This document shows, piece after piece, positions 1 through 12,144 of a stretch of DNA of 57,799 nt (positions are counted from its first letter, which is position 1; each line of letters opens with the position of its first letter). The position numbers and the translations under genes were made by a program. Source of the DNA: an uncultured Ectothiorhodospiraceae bacterium (GTDB lineage: Bacteria; Pseudomonadota; Gammaproteobacteria; HK1); contig CAZRGU010000001.1 in assembly GCA_964599705.1 (NCBI GenBank), positions 1-57,799 on the forward strand. The letters run 5' to 3'. The notes under the pieces are model-generated. The model saw only the letters and a list, made by a program, of their open reading frames with translations. It was not told the DNA's origin and made no database searches.

Positions 1-1532
1 AGCTCGGCGCGCAGCAGGTGCTTCTGGATCTTGCCGACCGAGGTGCGCGGCAGGGCGTCGCGGAAGATCACCCGCTCGGGGACCCGGAACGGGGCGAGGC
101 GCTCGCGGCACCACTCGATCAGGGCCTCGGCGCCCGGCGCGCAGCCCTCGCGGGCGACCACGAAGGCGACGATCGCCTGGTCGCGGAGCGGGTCCGGGAC
201 TCCGACCACCGCGCACTCGAAGACCTCCGGGTGCAGGGCGAGCACCGCCTCGACCTCGCTCGCGGCGACGTTCTCGCCGGCGCGCTTGATCAGGTCCTTG
301 GCCCGATCGACGAAGCGGAAGTAGCCGGCCTCGTCGAGCCGCGCCGTATCCCCGCTCCACAGCCAGCCGTCGCGCAGCGCCTCGGCGGTCGCCTCGGGGT
401 TGGCGAGGTAGCCGGCCATCAGGGTCTCGCCGGGGATCCCGCGGACCACGATCTGGCCGACCTCGCCGGGCGCGACCGCCCGGCCGGCCTCGTCGACCAG
501 CTCGACCTCGTAGCCGAGCGCCGGCAGCCCCAGGGTCATGTTGCGCCGCTCGCCGTCGATCGGGTTCATCAGCGGCGGGCCCATGGTCTCGGTCATCCCC
601 CAGAGCTGGAGCAGCGGCGCGCCGAAGCGCCGCTGCCACTCGGCAAGCTGGACCTCGGTGAGGTTCTGGGCGAAGAGCACCACCCGCAGCCGGTGCTCGC
701 CCTCGCCGGGCCGCTCGGGCTGGGCGAGGAGCATGCGCATCGGCGCGGCGAACAGGCTGCCCACCGTGCAGCCGTGGCGGCGTGCCTGGGCGAAGTAGCG
801 GCTGGCGCTGAAGCGGGCCATCAGCGCCAGCCCGGCGCCGCTGACCAGCGCGCTCATCGTCGAGTAGTACTGGGCGTTGCCGTGGAACAGCGGCAGCACC
901 ACCAGGTGGCGGTCCTCGGGCCCGAGCCGGATCGCCTTGGCCACCGTCTCGCCGGCGTAGACGTAGTTGGCATGGGTGACCTGCACGCCCTTGGGATGGG
1001 AGGTGGTCCCCGAGGTGTAGAGGATCGCGGCGACCTCGTGCGGGCCGGGCGGCGGCGCGGCGGGCGGCTCGGGCGGCTCGGCGGCGAGGCGCTCGGCGAG
1101 CGCCCCGCGGTCGCAGGCGATCACCTCGCCGAGGCGCGGGCAGCGCCCGCGCAGCCCCTCGACGGAGGCGCGCAGCGCCGCGCTGGTCAGCGACAGCTTC
1201 GCCCCCGAGTGGCCGAGCAGGTAGGCGAGCTCGGCGGGGCTCGCCTGCGGGTTGGTCGGGACCATCACCGCGCCGAGGCGCGCCAGCGCGAACCAGGCGA
1301 GCAGGAACTCCGGGCAGTTGCCGAGGTGCACGTGCACCGCGTCGCCGCGGCCCACCCCGAGCCCCTCGAGGGCGCGCGCGCAGCGCAGCGTGTCGGCGGC
1401 CAGCTCGGCCCAGCTCCAGCGCCGCACCCCGCCCTCCAGGTCGTCGAAGATCAGCGCCTCGTCCTCGGGGGCCGCCCGCGCGCGGTGCTCGAGCAGCCCC
1501 GGGACGGTGCGCCAGCCGCAGATGGTGCTCAT
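1..1532 (-). CDS. AMP-dependent acyl-CoA synthetase/ligase; the 3' end runs off the window
   Basis: It is absent from the ORF track because its stop lies left of position 1. My minus-strand translation from the ATG at 1532 reads [18 protein letters not shown]... It contains the AMP-binding signature [14 protein letters not shown] (about 990-1030) and ends ...[18 protein letters not shown] at the window edge. The listed + ORF 18..1556 is its antisense shadow. Confidence 0.85.
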   Translation of the reverse strand, partial: MSTICGWRTVPGLLEHRARAAPEDEALIFDDLEGGVRRWSWAELAADTLRCARALEGLGVGRGDAVHVHLGNCPEFLLAWFALARLGAVMVPTNPQASPAELAYLLGHSGAKLSLTSAALRASVEGLRGRCPRLGEVIACDRGALAERLAAEPPEPPAAPPPGPHEVAAILYTSGTTSHPKGVQVTHANYVYAGETVAKAIRLGPEDRHLVVLPLFHGNAQYYSTMSALVSGAGLALMARFSASRYFAQARRHGCTVGSLFAAPMRMLLAQPERPGEGEHRLRVVLFAQNLTEVQLAEWQRRFGAPLLQLWGMTETMGPPLMNPIDGERRNMTLGLPALGYEVELVDEAGRAVAPGEVGQIVVRGIPGETLMAGYLANPEATAEALRDGWLWSGDTARLDEAGYFRFVDRAKDLIKRAGENVAASEVEAVLALHPEVFECAVVGVPDPLRDQAIVAFVVAREGCAPGAEALIEWCRERLAPFRVPERVIFRDALPRTSVGKIQKHLLRAE

Positions 1533-1635
1533 CGCCAGCCTCCCCCGGGAAGATGATTCGCAGCGCGGCGCTACCGTGCGCCCGATCTCGCGCGCTAGAA
1601 TAGCGCGCCGTTTCTGCTGTTGGGGAGCGCCGTCC

Positions 1636-1959
1636 ATGACCTTCGTCGTCACCGAGAAGTGCATCAAGTGCAAGTACACCGACTGCGTCGAGGTGTGCCC
1701 GGTGGACTGCTTCCACGAGGGACCGAACTTCCTGGTGATCGACCCCGAGGAGTGCATCGACTGCACCCTGTGCGAGCCGGAGTGCCCGGTCGAGGCGATC
1801 TGCTCGGAGGACGACCTGCCCGAGGAGCAGCAGCAGTTCCTGGCCCTCAACGCCGAGCTGTCCCGCGAGTGGCCGGTGCTCACCGAGAAGAAGGACCCGC
1901 TGCCCGACGCCGACGAGTGGGCCAAGGTCGACGCGAAGCTCGAGTACCTGGAGCGCTGA
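1636..1959 (+). CDS. fdxA: 7Fe-type ferredoxin (two Cys clusters)
   Basis: Internal ATG of ORF 1252..1959. The product is [29 protein letters not shown]...[16 protein letters not shown], 107 aa, with the classic FdxA layout. Confidence 0.93.
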   Translation: MTFVVTEKCIKCKYTDCVEVCPVDCFHEGPNFLVIDPEECIDCTLCEPECPVEAICSEDDLPEEQQQFLALNAELSREWPVLTEKKDPLPDADEWAKVDAKLEYLER

Positions 1960-1966
1960 GGGCGGC

Positions 1967-2407
1967 TCAGCTCCCGGCGCCGTCGTGCGTCTCGCCCGCG
2001 CCGGCCGCGAGCCGGCGCAGCACCGCGCGCACCACCGGGCGATCGGCGGCCGGCATCGGGCGGTCGGCCAGCTCCCCGGCGCCGATCCAGGCCAGCGCCT
2101 GACCCTCGCGCCCGCGCGGCTCCCCGCGCCAGGCCTCCACCCACCACACCGACAGCGCCACCCGGCGCTCGGGGTAGGCGTGGCAGACCCGGATCAGCGG
2201 CCGCGCGCGCAGCACCTCGATGCCGAGCTCCTCGGCGAGCTCGCGGGCCAGCGCCGCGCCCTCGGCCTCGCCCGGCTCGATCTTGCCGCCGGGAAACTCC
2301 CACAGCCCGCCGAGGTGCGCCGAGGGCGCCCGGCGCGCGAGCAGCACCCGGCGCTCGCCGTCGGCGAGCACCCCGGCGACGACCTGGAGCGGCTCGGGCT
2401 GGCTCAG
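1967..2407 (-). CDS. mutT: Nudix hydrolase, MutT-like 8-oxo-dGTP diphosphatase; start uncertain
   Basis: C-terminal part of ORF 1967..3340. It carries the Nudix box GGKIEPGEAEGAALARELAEELGI. The N-terminal strand LQVVAGVL aligns with E. coli MutT LQIAVGII. There is no in-frame ATG/GTG/TTG between that strand and the argJ stop, so the start is provisionally placed at CTG 2407. Confidence 0.8.
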   Translation of the reverse strand: MSQPEPLQVVAGVLADGERRVLLARRAPSAHLGGLWEFPGGKIEPGEAEGAALARELAEELGIEVLRARPLIRVCHAYPERRVALSVWWVEAWRGEPRGREGQALAWIGAGELADRPMPAADRPVVRAVLRRLAAGAGETHDGAGS

Positions 2408-3623
2408 GTCCGGTACTCGGCGTTGATGGTCACGTACTCGTGGGTGAGATCGCAGGTCCAGACCGTGGCCGAGCGGCTCCCGCGGCCGAGATCGACCTCG
2501 ACGGTGACCTCGGGCCCGGCCAGGGCCTGGGCGCCGAGCGCCTCGCTGTAGCCGGCGGCGCGCACCCCGCCGGCGACCACCCGCACCCCGTTGAGCGTCA
2601 GCCCGACCCGCTCGCCGGCCAGCCCCGCGACCCCGGCCCGCCCCACCGCGGCCAGGATCCGCCCCCAGTTGGCATCCCCGGCGCCGAGCGCGGTCTTGAC
2701 CAGCGGCGAGTGGGCGATCGCGTAGGCGACCCGCAGGCACTCCTCGTCGCTCGCCCCGCCGCCCACCGCGACGGTCACGAACTTGCTCGCCCCCTCGCCG
2801 TCGCGGGCCAGGGCCTGGGCCAGCCACCGGCAGACCTCGTCGAGGGCGGCGGCGAAGGCCGGGTAGTCGGGGTGATCGCGGCCCTCGATGGGCGCGGCGC
2901 CGGAGGCGCCGGTGGCGACCAGCAGGCAGGCATCGTTGGTCGAGGTGTCGCCGTCGACGGTGACCCGGTTGAAGCTCGCCTCGACGGCCTCGGCGAGCGC
3001 CTCGGCGAGCACCGCGCGGGGCACCGCGGCATCGGTGGCCAGGAAGGCGAGCATGGTCGCCAGGTCGGGGCGGATCATCCCCGAGCCCTTGGCGATGCCG
3101 GTCAGCACGCACTCGCGCCCGCCGGCCGTGAAGCGCCGCGAGCGGCCCTTGGGCACGGTGTCGGTGGTCATGATCGCGCGCGCCGCGGCCAGCCAGCCGT
3201 CGGGCGCGAGCGCCGCGCCGGCGGCCGGCAGCGCGCCGCGGAAGCGCTCGACCTCGAGCGGCTCGCCGATCACCCCGGTCGAGAACGGCAGCACCTCCTC
3301 GGGGGCGCAGCCGGCCGCGGCCGCCGCCAGCCGGCAGCACAGCTCGGCGTCGGCGATGCCGCGCGCCCCGGTGGCCGCATTGGCGTTGCCCGCGTTGATC
3401 ACCAGGGCGCGCGGCGCAGCGGCCGCGAGGTGGCGCCGCGCGACCACCACCGGCGCGGCGCAGAAGGCGTTGCGGGTGAACACCGCGGCGGCCTCGCTGC
3501 CCGGGCCCAACGCGAACAGCGCCAGGTCATCGCGCGGCTCGCGCCGGGCGCCGAGCGCCGCGGTGCCGATCCGCACCCCGGCGACCGGTTCGAGCGAGCC
3601 CGGGGCCTCGAGCCCGACGGCCA

Positions 3624-3624
<1 letters not shown>
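2404..3624 (-). CDS. argJ: Bifunctional ornithine acetyltransferase / N-acetylglutamate synthase
   Basis: 406 aa ORF with INAGNANAATG, PFSTGVIGEPL and the autoprocessing-region motif TTDT, ending ...HEYVTINAEYRT. Confidence 0.95.
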
Positions 3625-6386
<2,762 letters not shown>

Positions 6387-6401
6387 CTGGTCAATCCGGG
6401 T

Positions 6402-6441
6402 GGGCCTGCACGGCTCGGCAAATCATGCATGATGCAGGCCC
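6402..6441 (-). promoter_or_regulatory. Inverted repeat in the secA 5' leader (GGGCCTGCA-N22-TGCAGGCCC) enclosing the 12-bp palindrome ATCATGCATGAT
   Basis: Read directly from the sequence: arms at 6402-6410 and 6433-6441, inner palindrome at 6422-6433, and an adjacent palindrome GGCCCGCGGGCC at 6437-6448. It lies 16 nt upstream of the secA ATG and downstream of the M23 gene stop. Confidence 0.3.
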
Positions 6442-6478
6442 GCGGGCCCGATTCCAAGTCCGGCGCCGGGCCGCGCGG

Positions 6479-7396
6479 TCAGCGGGCCGCGCGAACGAAC
6501 TCCATCGGGTCGATCGGGCGCCCGTCCTGGAGCACCTCGAGGTGCACGTGGGTCCCGGTGGTCCGGCCGCTCGAGCCCATCAGGGCGATGGTCTGGCCCT
6601 TGCGGACCACGTCGCCGGCGCGCACCAGGTTCTTGCGGTTGTGGGCATAGCGGGTCACCAGGCCGTCGCCGTGGTCGATGTCGATGACGTAGCCGTAGCC
6701 GGGCCGCTTGCCGGCGCGAATCACCAGCCCGGCGGCCACCGCGACCACCTCGCTCCCGGCCCGCCCCGCGAAGTCGAGGCCGGAGTGGAACCCGCGACGG
6801 CCATCGAGCGGGTCGATCCGGCGCCCGAAGCGCGACGACAGCCAGCCGCTGCGCACCGGCCGCCCGGCCGGGCGCATCTCGCTGTCGAGCTGGCGGCCCA
6901 TCAGCGACAGCTCGAGGGCGCGCAGCTTGGCGTCGCGATCCTCCAGGGTGCGCCCGAGGGCCTCGAGCTCGGCGAGGAAGTCGCCCACCGAGAGCGCCTC
7001 GCCGGCGCTGGCCGGTCCGCCGCTGGGCGGCGGCTGGGCGAAGTCGAACTCGCCCGGGTCGAGCGCGGCGCGCTCGACCATCCGGGTGCCGAGCGCCTCG
7101 AGGCGCATCAGCCGGGCCTGCAGCTTGCCGAGCCGCCCGGCGAGCGCGTCGAGGTCGTCGCGCGCGGCCCGGGCGGCGGTCTCGACCCGCTCGCGCTCGG
7201 CCTCGATCTGGGCGCGCAGCGCCGCCGCGTAGACCTCGGGACGCACGTCGTGCACCACCGCCCGGGTCCGGGAACCGAGGTAGTAGCTGGCGGCCAGCCC
7301 GGCGAGGAGCACCACGGCGAGCAGCGCGCTGGCCAGCGCCCCGAGGTGCACCCGGCAGGTGCCGCGCCGCGAGCTGCACAGAAAGATCGTCTGCAT
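6479..7396 (-). CDS. M23 (LytM-domain) metallopeptidase with N-terminal membrane anchor and coiled coil
   Basis: ORF 6479..7579 trimmed to MQTIFLCSS... (ATG 7396; an alternative GTG at 7351 gives MHLGALASALLAVVLL). Catalytic motifs FHSGLDF (HxxxD) and THVHLEV (HxH) are intact. Confidence 0.88.
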   Translation of the reverse strand: MQTIFLCSSRRGTCRVHLGALASALLAVVLLAGLAASYYLGSRTRAVVHDVRPEVYAAALRAQIEAERERVETAARAARDDLDALAGRLGKLQARLMRLEALGTRMVERAALDPGEFDFAQPPPSGGPASAGEALSVGDFLAELEALGRTLEDRDAKLRALELSLMGRQLDSEMRPAGRPVRSGWLSSRFGRRIDPLDGRRGFHSGLDFAGRAGSEVVAVAAGLVIRAGKRPGYGYVIDIDHGDGLVTRYAHNRKNLVRAGDVVRKGQTIALMGSSGRTTGTHVHLEVLQDGRPIDPMEFVRAAR

Positions 7397-7435
7397 AGTA
7401 TGCTTGCCTCCCCGCGCCGCGCGAGCCCGCCAGCG

Positions 7436-7885
7436 ATGCCGAGCACCGATCTGCAGCCCCTGCGCGCGCGCCTGGCCCGCCCGGGCGGCGCCCTCGCCCC
7501 GCTCCTCGCCCGCGCCCGCGAGGTCGCCGCGGCCGAGGCACGGGTGCGCGCCCACCTCGATCCCGCCCTCGCCGCCCACCTGCGCGCGGTGCTGCTCGAC
7601 GACCGGCGCCTGGTGCTGATCGCCGACGCCCCGGCGTGGGCAGCGCGGGCGCGCTTCGCGGCCCCGGCGCTCGGCGCCGCGCTGGCCCGCGCCGGGCTCG
7701 AGGTCGGCGCGATCCGGGTGGTGACCCGCCCGCCCGAGCCGCGGCGCCAGGCGCCGCCCCGCCCGCCGCTGGCCGTCTCGCCACGCAGCGCCGCGCTGCT
7801 CCGGGCGGTCGCCGCCGGGATCGAGGACGACGACCTGCGCGACCGCCTGCTGCGCCTCGCCGAGCGGGCCCGGGAGGCGCGCTAG
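7436..7885 (+). CDS. DUF721-family protein (the family that includes DciA helicase operators)
   Basis: 3' part of ORF 6425..7885: MPSTDLQPLRARLARPGG...VLLDDRRLVLIADAPAWAARARF... The position between lpxC and the M23/secA genes matches DUF721 genes in other gammaproteobacteria. An alternative ATG lies at 7400. Confidence 0.7.
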   Translation: MPSTDLQPLRARLARPGGALAPLLARAREVAAAEARVRAHLDPALAAHLRAVLLDDRRLVLIADAPAWAARARFAAPALGAALARAGLEVGAIRVVTRPPEPRRQAPPRPPLAVSPRSAALLRAVAAGIEDDDLRDRLLRLAERAREAR

Positions 7886-7892
7886 CGCCGGC

Positions 7893-8804
7893 TCAGGTTG
7901 CCGGCAGCGGCGGGGTGAAGACGATCGGCGCCTCGAGCGGGTCGTCGAAGGTCACCATCTCCCACGCCGAGCGCTCGGCCACCAGGGCGCGGAGCAGGCG
8001 GTTGTTGAGCGCGTGGCCCGACTTGTGGCCCAGGAAGGCCCCGATCAGGGGATGTCCGAGAAGATAGAGGTCGCCGATCGCGTCGAGCACCTTGTGCTTG
8101 ACGAACTCGTCCTCGTAGCGCAGCCCGTCCTCGTTCATCACCCGGTAGTCGTCGATCACCACCGCGTTGTCGAGGTTGCCGCCGAGCGCCAGGTTGCTCT
8201 CGCGCAGCCGCTCCAGATCACGCACGAACCCGAAGGTGCGTGCCCGGCTGACCTCCTTGACGAAGGAGGTGGTCGAGAAGTCGACCGTCGCCGCGCTGGT
8301 GCACTCGCGGAACACCGGGTGATCGAACTCGATGGCGAACGAGACCTTGAAGCCGGAGAAGGGCTCGAAGCGGGCCCACTTGTCGCCCTCCTCGACCATC
8401 ACCGGACGCTTGATGCGGATGAACTGCTTGGCCGCATCCTGCTCGCGGACCCCGGCCGACTGGAGCAGGAACACGAACGGCCCGGCGCTGCCGTCCATGA
8501 TCGGCACCTCGGCGGCGCTGAGATCGACGAGCGCGTTGTCGATGCCGAGCCCGGCCATCGCCGAGAGCAGGTGCTCGACGGTCGAGACCCGCACCCCGTC
8601 ACGCACCAGGGTCGTCGAGAGCGTGGTGTCGCCGACGTTCTCGGGACAGGCGCGCAGCTCGACCACCGGGTCGAGGTCGACGCGCCGGAAGCAGATCCCG
8701 GTGTCGGGTGGTGCGGGCCGCAGCGTGAGGTAGACCTTGTGCCCGGTATGGAGACCCACGCCGATGGCACGGATCACGTTCTTCAGCGTGCGCTGCCTTA
8801 TCAT
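7893..8804 (-). CDS. lpxC: UDP-3-O-acyl-GlcNAc deacetylase
   Basis: ORF 7893..8963 trimmed to [31 protein letters not shown]... (ATG 8804), 303 aa. Confidence 0.96.
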   Translation of the reverse strand: MIRQRTLKNVIRAIGVGLHTGHKVYLTLRPAPPDTGICFRRVDLDPVVELRACPENVGDTTLSTTLVRDGVRVSTVEHLLSAMAGLGIDNALVDLSAAEVPIMDGSAGPFVFLLQSAGVREQDAAKQFIRIKRPVMVEEGDKWARFEPFSGFKVSFAIEFDHPVFRECTSAATVDFSTTSFVKEVSRARTFGFVRDLERLRESNLALGGNLDNAVVIDDYRVMNEDGLRYEDEFVKHKVLDAIGDLYLLGHPLIGAFLGHKSGHALNNRLLRALVAERSAWEMVTFDDPLEAPIVFTPPLPAT

Positions 8805-8895
8805 TCTTGGCGGACTCCCCCCCTGCCACGAGGCCCGGATCTCCCTGTTCCGGCGTGGTGCCCGACGCGGCGCCCGGCCCCCTGGACCGGCGAGG

Positions 8896-8923
8896 ATACT
8901 AGCACACTTTCCCCGCCCGGCAA
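8896..8923 (-). promoter_or_regulatory. Candidate sigma70 promoter for lpxC (TTGCCG-N16-TAGTAT, with TGn extended -10)
   Basis: The minus strand reads TTGCCGggcggggaaagtgtgcTAGTAT, in the 166-nt ftsZ-lpxC spacer, about 90 nt upstream of the lpxC ATG. Confidence 0.35.
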
Positions 8924-8970
8924 CGACCGGACGGCGCCGCGGCGGGTGGGCGGCGAGCCGCACGGCGCCA

Positions 8971-10128
8971 TCAGTCGGCCTGGCGGCGCAGGAAGGCCGG
9001 GATGTCGAGATAGTCGCTGTCGGCCTCGACCCCGCGCGGCCCCGACTCGCCCTCGCGGCGGGCCCGATTGCGCATCACCGTCGGGGTGTCGAACTGCTTG
9101 TAGCCGCCCTCCCCGGCCCCCGCGGCGGCCACCAGGCGCACGTCGCGCTCGACCGCGGCGCGGGTCTCGTGCAGGCCCAGCCCGGTGGCCACCACCGTGA
9201 CCCGCAGCTCCTCGCCGATGCCTTCGTCGAGCGCCGTGCCCATCACCACCAGGGCATTCTCGGAGGCGAACTCGCCGACCGCCTCGCCGACCGTGGCCAG
9301 CTCGTCCATGCCGAGCTCGGGCCCGGCGGTGACGTTGACCAGGATGCCGCGCGCACCGCTCAGGTTGACGTCCTCGAGCAGCGGGCAGTGGATGGCGGCC
9401 TCGGCGGCCTGGCGGGCGCGCTCCTCGCCGACCGCCTTGCCCGAGCCCATCATCGCCCGGCCCTTCTCCGACATCACCGTGCGCACGTCGGCGAAGTCGA
9501 CGTTGATCATGCCCGGGCGGGTGATCAGCTCGGCGATCCCCTGGACCGCGCCGAGCAGCACGTCGTTGGCCGCCTTGAAGGCGTCGCGCAGGCTCACCCC
9601 GCGGCCGAGGACGCTGAGCAGCTTCTCGTTGGGCACCGTGATCAGCGAGTCGACGTGCTCGGCGAGCTCGCCGATCCCCTCCTCGGCGATCTTCATGCGC
9701 CGCTTGAGCTCGAAGGGGAACGGCTTGGTGACCACCGCCACGGTGAGGATCCCCATCTCCTTGGCGAGCTGGGCGATGATCGGCGAGGCGCCGGTGCCGG
9801 TGCCGCCACCCATGCCGGCGGTGATGAACACCATGTCGGCGCCCTCGAGCAGCTCGACGATGCGATCCCGGTCCTCGAGGGCGGCCTGGCGGCCGACCTC
9901 GGGGTTGGCCCCGGCGCCGAGCCCCTTGGTCACCGTGGTGCCGAGCTGCAGCACGGTGCGCGCCGAGGAGTTCTTGAGCGCCTGGGAGTCGGTGTTGGCG
10001 CACACGAACTCGACCCCCTCGATGTTGTTGACCAGCATGTGCTCGACGGCGTTGCCGCCGCCCCCGCCGATCCCGATCACCCGGATCACGGCGCTGCTCT
10101 GGCTGTAGGTATCGACTAGCTCGAACAT
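8971..10128 (-). CDS. ftsZ: Cell division GTPase FtsZ
   Basis: 385 aa, with [19 protein letters not shown] and the C-terminal [14 protein letters not shown]. Confidence 0.98.
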   Translation of the reverse strand: MFELVDTYSQSSAVIRVIGIGGGGGNAVEHMLVNNIEGVEFVCANTDSQALKNSSARTVLQLGTTVTKGLGAGANPEVGRQAALEDRDRIVELLEGADMVFITAGMGGGTGTGASPIIAQLAKEMGILTVAVVTKPFPFELKRRMKIAEEGIGELAEHVDSLITVPNEKLLSVLGRGVSLRDAFKAANDVLLGAVQGIAELITRPGMINVDFADVRTVMSEKGRAMMGSGKAVGEERARQAAEAAIHCPLLEDVNLSGARGILVNVTAGPELGMDELATVGEAVGEFASENALVVMGTALDEGIGEELRVTVVATGLGLHETRAAVERDVRLVAAAGAGEGGYKQFDTPTVMRNRARREGESGPRGVEADSDYLDIPAFLRRQAD

Positions 10129-10153
10129 GGTTCGCCCTCCTCGTGGAACCCGA

Positions 10154-11386
10154 TCAGAAATTGCCCTGAAACCAGCTCTTCATGCGCTCGAGGAGCGCAC
10201 GCAATCCTCCCCCCGGTCCCGGCTCGGCGAGCCGGTCACGGTGAAACTTCTGCCCGAGCAGCAGCAGCCCGACGCCGGTCGAGTAGATCGGATTGCGGAC
10301 CACGTCGGTCAGCCCCTTGACGCCCTGGGGGGCGCCGAGGCGCACCGGCATGTGCAGGATCTCCTCGGCCAGCTCGACCAGCCCCTCCATCTTGGCGCTG
10401 CCGCCGGTGAGCACCATCCCGGCCGCGATCATGTCCTCGAAGCCGCTGCGCCTCAGCTCGGCCTGGATCAGGGTCAGCAGCTCCTCGTAGCGCGGCTCGA
10501 CGACCTCGGCGAGGTTCTGGCGGGCGAGGCGGCGCGGCGGGCGGTCGCCGACGCTCGGCACCTCGATGGTCTCCTCGGCGGTGGCCAGCTGGGCGAGCGC
10601 GCAGGCGTACTTGATCTTGATCTCCTCGGCGTTGGCCGTCGGGGTGCGCAGCGCCACCGCGATGTCGTTGGTGACCTGGTCGCCGGCGATCGGGATCACC
10701 GCGGTGTGGCGGATCGCGCCCTCGGTGAAGATCGCGATGTCGGTGGTGCCGCCGCCGATGTCGACCAGGCACACGCCGAGGTCCTTCTCGTCCTCGAGCA
10801 GCACCGCCTCGCTCGAGGCGAGCTGCTCGAGGCTGACGTCGTCGACCTCGAGCCCGCAGCGGCGCACGCACTTGACGATGTTCTGGGCGGCGCTGACCGC
10901 ACCGGTGACCATGTGCACGCGGGCCTCGAGGCGCACGCCGGACATCCCGATCGGGTCGCGGATCCCCTCCTGGTTGTCGATGATGAACTCCTGGGGAAGG
11001 ATGTGGATGATCTTCTGGTCGGCGGGGATGGCCACCGCGCGGGCCGCGTCGATCACCCGGTCGACGTCCCCGGCGGTGACCTCCTTGTCGCGGATGGCGA
11101 CGATCCCGTGGGAGTTGAGGCTGCGGATGTGGCTGCCGGCGATGCCGGTGAAGGCCGAGTGGATCTGGCAGCCGGCCATCAGCTCGGCCTCCTCGACGGC
11201 GCGCTGGATCGACTGCACGGTCGACTCGATGTTGACCACCACGCCCTTCTTGAGGCCACGCGAGGGATGGAACCCGAGGCCCACCACCTCGATGGCCCCG
11301 TCGGCGGCGACCTCGCCGACGATCGCGCAGACCTTCGAGGTACCGATGTCGAGCCCCACGATCAGGTTGCGGTCGTGCTTCTTCAC
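10154..11386 (-). CDS. ftsA: Cell division protein FtsA
   Basis: ORF 10154..11830 trimmed to the GTG at 11386 (VKKHDRNLIVGLDIGTSKVCAIVGEV). This GTG overlaps the ftsQ stop as GTGA, and a GAGGGGA Shine-Dalgarno lies upstream. Confidence 0.95.
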   Translation of the reverse strand: MKKHDRNLIVGLDIGTSKVCAIVGEVAADGAIEVVGLGFHPSRGLKKGVVVNIESTVQSIQRAVEEAELMAGCQIHSAFTGIAGSHIRSLNSHGIVAIRDKEVTAGDVDRVIDAARAVAIPADQKIIHILPQEFIIDNQEGIRDPIGMSGVRLEARVHMVTGAVSAAQNIVKCVRRCGLEVDDVSLEQLASSEAVLLEDEKDLGVCLVDIGGGTTDIAIFTEGAIRHTAVIPIAGDQVTNDIAVALRTPTANAEEIKIKYACALAQLATAEETIEVPSVGDRPPRRLARQNLAEVVEPRYEELLTLIQAELRRSGFEDMIAAGMVLTGGSAKMEGLVELAEEILHMPVRLGAPQGVKGLTDVVRNPIYSTGVGLLLLGQKFHRDRLAEPGPGGGLRALLERMKSWFQGNF

Positions 11387-12144
11387 TGCCTGGTCCCCTC
11401 TACCGGCACCGCACCGGCCCGCCAGCGCACCGCGAATCCGTTCGGGTAGCGCAGGTCGATGCGGGCCACCTCGGCGAAGCGCGCGCCGAGCGCGGCGCCC
11501 GCCGCGGCCAGCGCCTCGAGCGTGCGGTCGCGCTCGCGCCCGAGCAGCACCTCGGTGCCGTCGCCGAGCTCGGCCACCCAGGCCCCGCGCGGCTCGAGGG
11601 CCAGGCGCCGTACCCCGCCGCCGGCCCGCCCGAGGGCGGCCTCGAGCTCGCCGAGCCGCTCGAGGACCCGCCGCTCGCTGCCCGCCGGGCCCTCGAGGCG
11701 CACCAGCGCGGGCAGCCTGGCGAGGCTGCGCGGGCGGAACGCGGTGCCGTCGGCGTCGAGCAGCGCGTCGTCGTTCCAGCGCGCCACCGCGCGCCGCTCG
11801 CTGACCCGCAGGGTGAGCCCGTCGGGCCACACCCGGCGCACCTCGACGTCACGCACCCAGGGCAGGGTGGTGGCCGCGCGGCGCAGCTCGGCGACGTCGA
11901 CGGCGAAGAAGCCGCGCGCCACCTCGGCGGCGATGGCGGCCTCGAGGCGCGCCCGGTCGACGTGCTGGAAGGGCCCGACGATGCGCACCGAGCGCACCGG
12001 GCGCGAGCCGATCTCGTGGCCCATCGCCCAGACCCCGGCGCCGAGCACCAGCACCGCCAGCGCCGCCTGCAAGGCACGGCGCAGCGAGACGCCGGCCGCC
12101 GCCCCGGCCGCCGCGCCCGCCGCCGCGATCCCGGGGGCGCTCAC
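11383..12144 (-). CDS. ftsQ: Cell division protein FtsQ
   Basis: 253 aa with a TM segment LAVLVLGAGVWA followed by a POTRA-like region VRSVRIVGPFQHVDRARLEAAI. Its position between ddl and ftsA supports the call. Confidence 0.9.
   Translation of the reverse strand: MSAPGIAAAGAAAGAAAGVSLRRALQAALAVLVLGAGVWAMGHEIGSRPVRSVRIVGPFQHVDRARLEAAIAAEVARGFFAVDVAELRRAATTLPWVRDVEVRRVWPDGLTLRVSERRAVARWNDDALLDADGTAFRPRSLARLPALVRLEGPAGSERRVLERLGELEAALGRAGGGVRRLALEPRGAWVAELGDGTEVLLGRERDRTLEALAAAGAALGARFAEVARIDLRYPNGFAVRWRAGAVPVEGTRQ

Noticed and set aside
18-1556. The 512-aa + strand ORF at the left edge. The same applies to similar long ORFs: 3639..6650 +, 6423..7784 -, 27914..30532 -, 27934..30372 + (upstream part), 49900..51996 -, 52991..55609 - and 55649..57640 -.
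   Set aside because: Their translations are Arg/Gly/Pro/Ala/His/Asp-rich low-complexity strings with no recognisable motifs. Each lies antisense to or out of frame with a gene that has clear family signatures. Stop-free shadow frames of this kind are expected in very GC-rich DNA.
6387-6478. A secM-like arrest-peptide ORF upstream of secA.
   Set aside because: No ORF of suitable length, and no signal peptide or arrest motif, fits in the 92-nt spacer.
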